Assembly (NCBI GenBank): GCA_000934665.2
Contig: JYFJ02003940.1
Location: 1 to 36,172, forward strand
Source of the DNA: Catajapyx aquilonaris
Lineage: Eukaryota
Reading direction: 5' to 3'
Length of the DNA stretch: 36,172 nucleotides
A model generated the notes under the pieces. The model worked only from the letters and a program-made list of their open reading frames with translations. It had not been told where the DNA came from and did no database searches. Below are positions 1 to 10,300 of this stretch, in pieces. Position numbers and translations under genes: made by a program. Within the stretch, counting starts at the first letter, position 1. The number at the start of each line of letters is the position of its first letter.

Positions 1-345
1 TCTGCAGAATGGACGGTTCAAAACTGTTCAAAACATCCATTCTGCAGAATGCTCCATGTCAAACCATCCATTCTGCAGAATGCTCCTTTCTCAAACCATC
101 CATTCTGCAGAATGGACGGTTTAATGAAACAGTCAGAGCCCGAAATGCTCTTTGTAAGGCCAGAACGCTTTCCTGGGCGAAACTTACACGTCAGGACGCC
201 AATTTCGTGTTGCTGGACAATGAGCATTCTGCAGAATGGATGGTTGCTGGACAATGAGCATTCTGCAGAATGGATGGTTTGGCACACATCATTCTGCAGA
301 ATGGACGGTTTTTTCGCGCAATGGCCGTTTTCGGGGTTTGAGCCT
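1..345. repeat. Array of palindromic CATTCTGCAGAATG units, probably the end of a modular non-autonomous transposon (truncated by window edge)
   Basis: Seven TTCTGCAGAA cores (first one clipped); ~31-bp units at 30-115 and a 34-bp tandem duplicate at 211-278 in opposite orientation. Confidence 0.75.
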
Positions 346-742
346 AACATATGCACCAAGTTACCAGCAGCAGGATCATACTACACCAGAGCTGTAGGTG
401 TGCTACTAATGGTGTAAAGCTTTTATTTTTAAAATTTTAGACAACAATAATGGTTGCAGCTTCTTTGGTTAGAGAAGGGTCTTTTGGATGATTTCATTGC
501 AGGTCAATAGTGCTTGAGCCATTGGCATTGATTATTTTACAATAATATATGCAATGCTTACATTGATTTTTGCTATTACAAAGTACAATATTACTTTTAA
601 TAAATATTACTGTCATAGTAAAACCAAAGCAATATTTCAGCAAAATCACACCTTTTTTACCTGGTGTAAAGTCAGCCATGATCTAAAATCCGTCAGGACC
701 TCAAGATTTAAATGTGACTTCTTGAGACACAATACCTGAAAT

Positions 743-911
743 CAGGGTTTCTCAACGGGGGTTATGCGAGCAATTGCTAGTGATAAAGAGCTAATCATAT
801 ATAAATGCATTTTTGAGTCGTAAATTGATATATAATTTTTATGTAGGGGTTCCCTGGGGCATGAATATGATTTCAAGGTTTTCCCAAGAGTAAAAAGGTT
901 GAGAAACCCTG
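743..911. mobile_element. hAT (Charlie-like) MITE, 169 bp
   Basis: Perfect 14-bp TIRs CAGGGTTTCTCAAC / GTTGAGAAACCCTG; 8-bp TSD only degenerate. Confidence 0.75.
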
Positions 912-1018
912 CGCTTAAATTGAGGGGTCTGAGATATATAAAAAAAAGGCCAAGTCCACTCCTGAGGGTGTAACACAAATACAGGCAGCAATTGTACATT
1001 TTAATCTCATTGGGTATT

Positions 1019-3987
1019 AATTGAACCATGGAGTTGGAAAACAAACTAAGTCCACTGCAAAATGACTTGACACTTATGCACTTGTTGCTCTGAGCCTCGC
1101 TGTACGCCAAACGGAGCACCGGAGGAGCACCAAACTCGGGTGGTAGGTGTGCTTGGCGAATCCATGAGGAAACAAGGGGTCGGGAATCCGATAAGAGTAC
1201 GGTAACGAGTGACGAATGGGAGTGGTGTCTTTGACCCCCCACCCTCTGGGCACCCCCGTGGAGTTAGCTTGTTTTCTGATACCATTGCGAGTTCGAGGCC
1301 ACGTTGACTCCTCTGCAAATCACATTGATTGTCGCATCTGGACCAAACAAATATGGTATTTGAATGCGTACCTATCCCCGGTGTCAGGAAACCGATAGCA
1401 CACGAGTCAAATGCGAAACTGGTTTTTCTTACCCCCTTCCAGGGTTTTGATGTCGCCTATAGTGCTGTAGATTAATAATCTACAGTAATATAGGCGACAT
1501 CAAAAAAAGTACATGTTGTGTATACACATACCTACAAGAAGTATAATATACTTCTTGTACACTTCTTGTATACACAACATGTACTGTACTCCTATGTACT
1601 GTACACAGCCGGTTGGCGACACCAATAGGAACATCAGGCAACATGTAGCAGCATGTAGCATGCTCGTACATAAGATCATATGGCAATTCATGGCGCCTCT
1701 ATCGTAACATGCTGGCGGAAGGAGCATGTTCATAACAACCACTCCAAAGAGAACCACAACAGAATGATGTCGTTGTCGTTGGAGGAGGTGGCGGGAGGCA
1801 TTTGGGGGGGGGGGGGGNGGGGGCAGAGGTCAACCCGTGAGATTCCTACCATTTTTCATGAAATTTGATGGATTGGTAGCCCACCCCAAGGGATGAATAC
1901 CGCACCCAAAGAGGCCTGCGCCAAATGACCCTGTGACCCATTTTTGAGGAGGGCAGAGGTCAACTCGTGAGATTCCTACCAATTTGCGTCCAACAACCAC
2001 TCCTAGGAGAACCACAACAGGTGTTCCCACGATGTCCACACCTCCTCCAACGACAACAACATCTGTTGTGGTTCTCTTAGGAGTGGTTGTTGTTGGAGGA
2101 CATCGTGGGAACACCTGTTGTGATTCTCCTAGGACTGGTTGTTACGAACATGGCCTTCCGCCATGTTACGATAGATTCGCCATGGATTGCCACGATCGTA
2201 TGCATGCGCATAATTACGTAGGCTACAAAGTGTAACATGCTGCTAAATGTTGCCAGATGTTGCTAATGGTGTCGCCAACCGGCTGTGTACAGTACTGTAC
2301 ATAGGCGTACATGTCGTGTACACATACATACAAGTATAACACTATCCAACACGATATTTGTACATGGAAATTCATCATCATATTTGTGTTCCTTAGGTCA
2401 CAAGTAACTCATAATGGGCATTCATTTGGTCTTTTATTTGTTTTTGACCTCGGGGCAGGCAAAAGGCCAAAATCCTCAAATATAGCAGTTTTTTCCCAAT
2501 CAAGTGGGCCTAAATGTTGCTAGACCATCTTGAATTTTCTGAATATAATCACAGCTGTACAGTGTACCAACAGTGCAAAAAGAACTGTCCCAGTCATCCT
2601 GACGTGTGGGCTGGCCGCTCGACACACACCATGTAAGTTACATGGTGTGTGTCGAGTGGGCAGCACACACATCAGGATGACTGGGACAATTCTTTTTGAA
2701 CTGATGATACACCTATGCCGTTACAGTCTTACACTGCATATCAAGTTTGAGCCAATTTTTCCCTCCCCACGGTATTTCGCAATTTAAATTGCGCCAAGAT
2801 CTAGGAGTAGATGCCAGTCAGAAACTCACCACTGACCCGCACCTCCTCCAGGACAGGGAAAGGAAGGAAGCGGCTGTGGCCTATTTTACGGTACGATCCC
2901 AGATGAAACTGAACATATTGAATCTTGTATGGGTCACAACTCCTGTCACCAAATATGGCTGCTCTTACGCAAATACATCACTAATTTGTGGGGTCTAAAC
3001 ACTTGGACATGTTACTGAGCATGTGACCGATGTAATGCCACACATGTTTTTCTGAGTCCATTTTAGAGAAAAACAAATTCCATAGGCGTATTCTACTCGT
3101 GTTTTTCTTTCATTTGATGTATAATTATGTTGATTGGATTTTGAGCACTTCCAATCACCGAAAAAAAATATCCAAAATAGGCGCAATTTTCAAAATTTCG
3201 CGGTTTTTTCCCCTCCCCACGGTATTTCGCAATTTGGCTGAAACTTGATATGAAGTGTTAAGGTATAGGTGTGTATACAGCTGTGATTATTTTCAGAAAA
3301 ATCCGACATGGTCTAGCAACGTTTAGGCCCGCTTGATTGGGAAAAACATGCTATATTTGAGGATTTTGGCTTTTTGCCTGCCCGGAGGTCAAAAACAAAT
3401 CAAAGACAAATAAAATGAATGCTCATTATGAGTTACTTGTGACCTAAGGAAGACGAATATGACGATGACGATGGACAAAAAAAAATAAATCGAATTTTGT
3501 AGCGTAGTGTAATCTACTGTACTGTAGGAGACTAACATCAAAACCCGGGAGGGGGATCAGATAAACCAGTGCCGCATTTGACTCGTTTGTGCTCTATTGC
3601 TATCGGTTTCCTGACACCAGGGATAGGTACGCATTCGCCGCAAGAAAAATACCATATTCGTTTGGTCCAGGTGCGATAATCAATGTGATTTGCAGAGGGG
3701 TCAACGTGGCCTCGAACTCGCCATAGAATCGGAAAACAGGCTAAGTTCATGGGGGTGCCCACAGGATTGGGGGTCAAAGACAGTGCTCCCATTCGTCACT
3801 CGTTACTCTTATGGGATTCCTGACACCTTGTTTCGTCATGGATACGCCAGGAGCACCTACCACCCGAGTTTGGTGCCCCTGCGATGCTCCGTTTAGTGTA
3901 CATCGAGGCTCAGAGCAACAAGTGCATAAATTCCACAGTATTTATTTGGTGTGGACTTTGCTTGTTTTCCGATTCCATGGTTCAATT
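1019..3987. mobile_element. ~3-kb non-coding foldback-like element with ~460-bp terminal inverted arms and two internal inverted-repeat modules
   Basis: 1019-1474 is the reverse complement of ~3510-3987; ~1590-1790 pairs with ~2040-2310; ~2372-2755 pairs with ~3236-3472. Confidence 0.75.
2571..2703. repeat. Near-perfect ~130-bp palindrome inserted in one arm of the larger element
   Basis: CTCGACACACACCATGTAA-G-TTACATGGTGTGTGTCGAG core (19-bp perfect arms) extended by imperfect arms; absent from the partner arm near 3270. Confidence 0.8.
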
Positions 3988-4289
3988 TCACATTTCCATA
4001 TGTAGCTGAACTCTGGCAACATATGGACGTCAAAGTTTCAAAATTGTACCACCTCAGTAGAACCACACTATGTTGTATACCACTCGTTTCAGAATTTAGC
4101 TCCCATCTGTATAGGTGAAAATTTAGAGAATGATCTTTTCAGCTGCTTCACCTTAAACTTTGGGACTTAGTTACGTATACTGCTGCAAAGCTTGTTCACA
4201 AAAAAGGACATGGCTGCAGAGGTGATACTTATGGAGATTAAAATAATAATTTCTTCCTATTGACACCAGTATATTAGATTCTACTGTAC

Positions 4290-5417
4290 CTGAAAGATGG
4301 GAATGAAGTCCTGTAGGCTGGAATCATACAGGTTGTTCCGACAATATGACAGGACTGTATCAATATGGGTATTGCTCCTTTCTATTACATCTTTCAAGAC
4401 ATACAGAGGATATCCTGTAATTCCAATAAATCGTGCCTTTCCAGCCTTCACTACATCCTGCAGAGCAGGTAATGTTTCTTCAAAAATGATGTCCAGTGAA
4501 GGTGCAAATTCCAGATCATGGACCTAGTGTTAAAATAAATTTCTCGGAAATTCTTGGTTAAAGAAAACGAGATCACAATCTTAATATTTCTTACCTGGAT
4601 GATATCAACGTAAGAAAGTCCAAGACGCGATAAGCTCTCATCTACACTCTCGCATGTTCGTTTGTAGGAGAAATCGAACATTTTGTCCCAGGCCTCTTCA
4701 TAGCGACCCACCTTGGTACCAATGTAGTAAGATTCTCGTGGGATTCCTTGTAATGCCTTCCCGAGCATTATTTCTCCCTTTGAGAAGCCATACCATGGAG
4801 CAGTGTCAATGTAATTGATCCCAGATTTCAATGCGGCCTCAACAACTTTTTTGACTTCTAATTCTTTTATGTGGCTAGAATACAACAATAACAACTCATT
4901 GGAATACCACATTCTTTGGCTTTGGCTTGTCATGTGCAAAGGTATATTTAAAATATTAAGACAATGTGCAATGGTTTATTAATTAATTCTGAATCAAATT
5001 AATTTGATGCTATCACCCATGATCATTATCACCTTGATGCTCATGGAGTATGAATATTGCAGTTAAGCCCACTATAATAATTTCAAACAAATTTCATATC
5101 CGCGAAGGTCCAAAAATATCCATTATGCCCATATGCTGGCTTTTACCTGTCCCGGTACTCAAGTCTCAAGTAATCAAGCCAAATCAGTTATGTTGCCTGC
5201 CAGAGCCCTTAATAAAAACTGATGAGAATCTACATCATGCATGTCCACATGTTAAAAAAATAGGAAGAACTTACCCATACAGAGAGCCAAATGCTCCTCC
5301 ACCTAGCCCCAGTTTAGATACTTGCAATCCTGTTACACCCAGTGAAGTGTAGTCCATACGTTGAACAGCTTGTTCATCATGAAATCCCTTGAGAAAAGTC
5401 GGTGGTAGTACAGCCAT
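4290..5417 (-). CDS. Aldo-keto reductase, L-galactose dehydrogenase-like, 3'-partial (exons 5275-5417, 4595-4874, 4290-4523)
   Basis: MAVLPPTFLKGFHDEQAVQRMDYTSLGVTGLQVSKLGLGGGAFGSLYG / GINYIDTAPWYG...YIGTKVGRY...ESVDESLSRLGLSYVDIIQ / VHDLEF...ETLPALQ...GKARFIGITGYP. The AKR catalytic D, Y, K, H residues are present, introns are GT-AG and in phase, and there is an in-frame stop upstream of the ATG. Confidence 0.92.
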
Positions 5418-5612
5418 CCTGATGTATTGTTCTTCTCTATTTCCTGCTGTTCAAATGATGCAAGTTTCTTGCAATACACAGTCAAAACCAAGTTAACTGC
5501 TGCTGGCACCAACTGGTGTGCGATAATGCTGCGCGTGACTCATTCATCAGGCTCTCTTGATAAACATGGCCTTGAGCGAGATAATACAGGAGGAGGAATG
5601 AATACTGCATTT

Positions 5613-5618
5613 TTTATT
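5613..5618 (-). terminator. Candidate talin polyadenylation signal AATAAA
   Basis: First minus-strand AATAAA (plus TTTATT) found by eye downstream of the talin stop codon. Confidence 0.4.
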
Positions 5619-6987
5619 CATAATAGTAGTATTACAGATCATGTTTTTACATAGTGCCGTAAGAACTAGTCATTCAGCCCACATTGCTTTCAACCAGTGC
5701 ATGTGGTATCAATATTTCAGTTATGGACACTGGTAGTCCTGTTCCTCATTTAAAAAAACGAAGGTCAAATAGATTATTTTAGGCCTACTGTATAGTAATG
5801 ACACTGCAATGTGACTTGTCAGTACACAGGCACTTGAGTTACTTTTAGGTTAGCACTGTCAGTTTGACACATCAAAAAGTCTATTAGCTTAAGGTCACTC
5901 ATACTGATTGATTGTGGGAATTGAAGCACACATTCAGTGCATAAATGCCCCCTTACTGTACAGCATGTTCGTTGTGCCTACATTAATGAATAATACATGT
6001 CACTGTGGCAATTATGTACATGCCAGTAATTTGAATGGCACAGAAAATAATTGGTCATGACCTTGTAGCAGGAGAATGGCACCAATTTGTAATATTGGTG
6101 CCAAGTGCAGCACTTGTGGTGTGGTTATGTGACCCAGAGCCAACAGAGCGACATGAAAAAAGGCTAAAATAATATGCTGTATAAAACTGGACGTGTAAAA
6201 ATATTAACGTGCATTCATAGGTTGGCATGCATGTTACTGGCACTGCAGGTAAGCAAGCCCCAAGTTACCTGAAGGGCAGAATGCATCACGGCTAATAAGT
6301 AAATTCCCGACTTGGACGTGGCTTGTTAAAGTTAAGCTTACACGCATTGGCACTTGGTTAAAAAAAGGCAAGGAGTATATAAGTCATACATATGTCAATA
6401 TAGTAGTCCACCTTTCCCACAAGTAAAAGTTAGGTTGCATAGGCAATTGGAAGGCGACATGGAACCACACAAGAAGAAAACCAAAATGGGCAATTCAAAC
6501 CAAACTCAACAAACACACCTTTGTACAACCACGTATTTGGGTGGCAACTGAAGCAGAGATGATATGCAATGACCTTGGGTTTTCATTTACCTACAAAGAC
6601 AACACAAGCAAATAACTGCTGTGACAAACAAGAGAAAGCCAAATAGTTCCAAGCAGTGTGAAAACTAAGTATACCTGGCAATGACAAGCATATTTTTTTT
6701 CTTTTTCTGGGACTGTACAACAGTCACCTCGTTAATAGTAGCACCATCTTGGCTAAAAATACTGTAACTGTGCAGTTTACTTGATTGCCTTAGCATTGCA
6801 GAGCACCATTATCCCTTGCACCAGTAAGTGGTGGCACAGGCATGTTATCCATTTTAGTGAACCCAATAATATTGTCAGCCCAGGCATAAAATACACACAG
6901 ATACTGGTATGACATCCATTACAAAAATACTAAGCTTGTTCTGACAGCTTTAAGAAGCAGACAGGAGATGCACTCTACACTGCGCAA

Positions 6988-7342
6988 TTAACTATGTTCG
7001 ATGTGGTAAGACTTAGACGAGCTAGTCATGGTGATGGTCCGTTCAATTCTCTGAGAGGATTCCTGCATCATGCGCTCCAGAGTGGAGTTAGCATCAGAGC
7101 TCTGATTTTTGCCAGACATGGAAGAAGAGGAGTCATAGTAGTAACGTTGCAGGGACGAGTCACCATGCCTACGTGGAGGAGGGGTGGCCACAGCATCCGT
7201 CTTGGAGGATGGGAAGGCACTGGTAGCCATGGTGGAGGAGGTGCTCTTAGTGTATGTGTGTGGAGAAGGGTCTGGCGACTTCAGGCCCACTGAGGAGTCC
7301 AGTGCTGCTCTCAAAGTTGAAGTTTCAAAGGCACTCTCATAC
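6988..7342 (-). CDS. rhea (TLN): Talin terminal exon: Ser/Thr-rich C-terminal tail
   Basis: Pyrimidine-rich acceptor (TTTCCCTTGTCAG) whose phase matches the 9888 donor; open frame YESAFETS...SSSKSYHIEHS*. No conserved domain, so the call rests on splice signals and phase. Confidence 0.75.
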
Positions 7343-10300
7343 CTGACAAGGGAAAGCAAAATGGGAAGTTCATTATTCTGATGATTTAACTGCCAATAAT
7401 CAGAATTAAAATTTAAAAAAAACTCCAATAGATTATGATCACACTGGTAATCCAGGACAATGGTTCTGTCTCAGACTCTAACGCAGGGAAAGAAGATTTC
7501 ACCATGGTTTTCTCCGTGAGACATGTTTTATTAACACTTAAAGAATGGAGGAACATATTTGGAGACTAATCAAATTTTAAAATTACAGCGAACCTATTTC
7601 TGACCCAAGATAACATGGTTTCTGCCTGGCTTTATTGGTTGTACTGACACGAGAAAAAAAATATTCCAAGTTTATAAGTGAAAAAAGTGCCAATAATAAG
7701 CTCAACAAATTTTTCCAAGGTTGCCTTTTGAGTTTTGAGGAAAAAAATCATGCAAAAAAACACCATTCATTGATATAGACTTCCCAATTTTGCCATGGAA
7801 GGCCAGTTATTAGTTTAAAATTAATAATTATTAACTTTGCACTTAGGGGATAATGCCCCCGAAAGGGGCAGCCACCACTGAGAGGTGGCCATAAGAAACG
7901 AGGGCTGTGACTTTGTGGCTATTCCCCTCTACCTCAGCTCTTCAATATTTTCCAGTCAAATAACATAGCATGTCTGGGGGAAGAATCACACGGCTACAGG
8001 TGTAGATCTTAGAGACCTTGAATGGTTATTATGAATGATGCATTACAGATGTAAATTATGAAACAAAGTACTGTTACTCCAGTTATACTTGCCCAAACTC
8101 AGAAGAATTCGGGCCCCTTAAAATCGTGGCTACTTGATTTACGGAGAGGCGTCACAGGCTCATAAAACGATACCCAGGGTACCGGGAAGGTGCCCACCGA
8201 AAAGGGTGGGTCTTATTGGCCCACAATTACACTAAATATGGAACCTCTAGGATAATTTCCGTATTTTTTACAAGTTATTTAAACTTTAAAGTGTGTCACA
8301 AGGTCCAGAATAATTCGGTCATAGCGCTGCTGTGTCAAAATAATCGGCCAGGTGATGTGACCCCACTGCAGTAGGGAAAACTGTAAGGCACATGGAAATT
8401 TACCATTGGCATTCTCATCATATTATATCATATGGACATTTTGTCAGTCGCAAACATGGTACATGAAAGATCACTGGGGGCGAATTCTTTAAGGTTCACG
8501 AAGATGAGTCACAATCCACGCGCACCACATGGCAAGACAACTGGACCACTGTGATGGGCAAATGACAGTCCGTATCAACATGTTGACAGTGGCTACATAA
8601 TTATGCAGGGATATGACTTCTATCAGGCAAATAAGGGTGTATGTTGGAAAACAAAATCTGACAAAGTTACAAGTCCATAACAATATATTGTGCTGTTATT
8701 GAAGGGAAAGATGTGTCCTCTCTTGACGGCTGTTCAAAAGTGGAAACAAACTAGCATAGGCGAACGAGAGAAGGAAATGGAGGAAAGCGATCTGGTCGAA
8801 GGTCATTTTTAGTCATGAGTCCATGTTAGAGGTCAGCCCTGGTGGCAACCATAAGCAGATCCGGTGCACCAAGTGAGTTACGTATCTTTCCCTACAATAA
8901 CAGCACAATATTATTGCTATGGACCTGTAACTTTGTCAGGATTTTTTATTCCCAAAGTACACCCTCATTTGCATTATAGAAGTCATATCCCTGCATATGT
9001 AGCCACTGTTGACACCTTGATACGGATTGCCATTTGCCTGTCACATTGGTCCAATTTTGTCTGGCCATGGTGCGTGTGGATTTTTCATCTTCATGAACCT
9101 TCTAGATTTCACTCCCAAGTGATCTTCCACTTACAATGTTTATGACTGACAAGATGATACATGATGAGAATGCCAATGGTAAATTTCCATGTGCCTTACA
9201 ATTTTCCCTACTACAGTGGGGTCTCATCACCTGGCCGATTTTTTTGACACAGAGAGTGCTATGGCCGAATTATTTTGCACCTTGTGATGCACTTTAAATA
9301 CCTTGTATAAAATACAGAAATTATCCTAGAGGTTCCATATTGAGTGTAATCGTGGGCCAGGACCCACCCTGTTTGGTGGGCATCTTTCCGGCACTCTGGG
9401 TGTTGTTTTATGAGAATGAGATGTCTCTCCGCAAATTGAGCAGCCACGATTTCAAGGTGGCCGAATTATTTTGAGTTTGGGCAAGTAACAGACTCTTGGT
9501 TACAGCAGACTCGAAAAGCTGATCCCAGCATACTGATATCCATGGTCTCTTGAAGTCTGTTCTATCTTCAGTCTATATTCAGCCCTCTAACACAAATGCC
9601 TATTGCAAACTCTTATAACTAGGCCAATCAAGGGGATACTAGTTCAGACTAGGCCCATTAGATGTGGAACTGTGTGACAGACTGAACAAGGTGTAGTTTG
9701 GGCCACTCAGAACCCACTTCCCATGTGGTAATTCTCATAATATGACTCATGGAATGTTGGTTTTGCAGATTTTTTTACTGGCCATTAACAGATAACTGTA
9801 GGTTAAGTGGCATACAACTTTAAAAGAGTTCTTAACTGCTTATTAAAATGGTTGGGAATATCACATGACATCATTTAAGAAACTAACCTTCCTGCAGACT
9901 CATATCCACTTCCGCTCCCATATCCATCAAAATCAGAGTCATCAGGGGGTCGCTCTCCTCGTTCCTGATACTTGGCACGTCGGATGGCAGCCAAGCGGGC
10001 ACGTGCATCTTCCAGTGCTTTCTCAATGCGAAGTACTTCTGATCGTGCATTAATCTCCTGTGCAATACCTCCCACCATGCGTTTATTAAGAATCAGATGC
10101 CTCTCCTCATCTTGCTGTATGGCCTTCTGTGCCGCTCGCACAAGGTTGTCTGTGGCACGTTTCACAGCATTTCCAGCAGCCTGAATAAAACAACAACTTT
10201 GTTACAATTGCCTGGCTTTGGAAAGAGCACAAATATTTTGCCACAATGTGTGAAAAATTAACAAAACATCTTTCACTTGGATGCACTCATTAAGTCTGGA

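Noticed and set aside
1..310. CRISPR-like array of palindromic repeats
   Set aside because: Eukaryotic context, no cas genes, inter-repeat segments are short and partly duplicated rather than unique spacers, and orientation flips mid-array.
480..545. Possible fourth AKR exon (IINA.../PMAQALLT resembling INASPLxMGLLT)
   Set aside because: The two motif halves are in different frames, each followed soon by a stop, and there is no convincing acceptor; probably chance.
661..735. 75-nt AG/GT-bounded open segment on the minus strand (VLCLKKSHLNLEVLTDFRSWLTLHQ)
   Set aside because: In phase with AKR exon 3 but shows no AKR similarity; cannot be supported without RNA data.
1804..1823. Poly-G run as a G-quadruplex element
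   Set aside because: Contains an N and homopolymer length is unreliable; it is part of the repeat element.
742..4005. Several 60-166 aa ORFs, some similar to each other
   Set aside because: Their mutual similarity simply reflects the inverted-repeat arms; no protein family signal.
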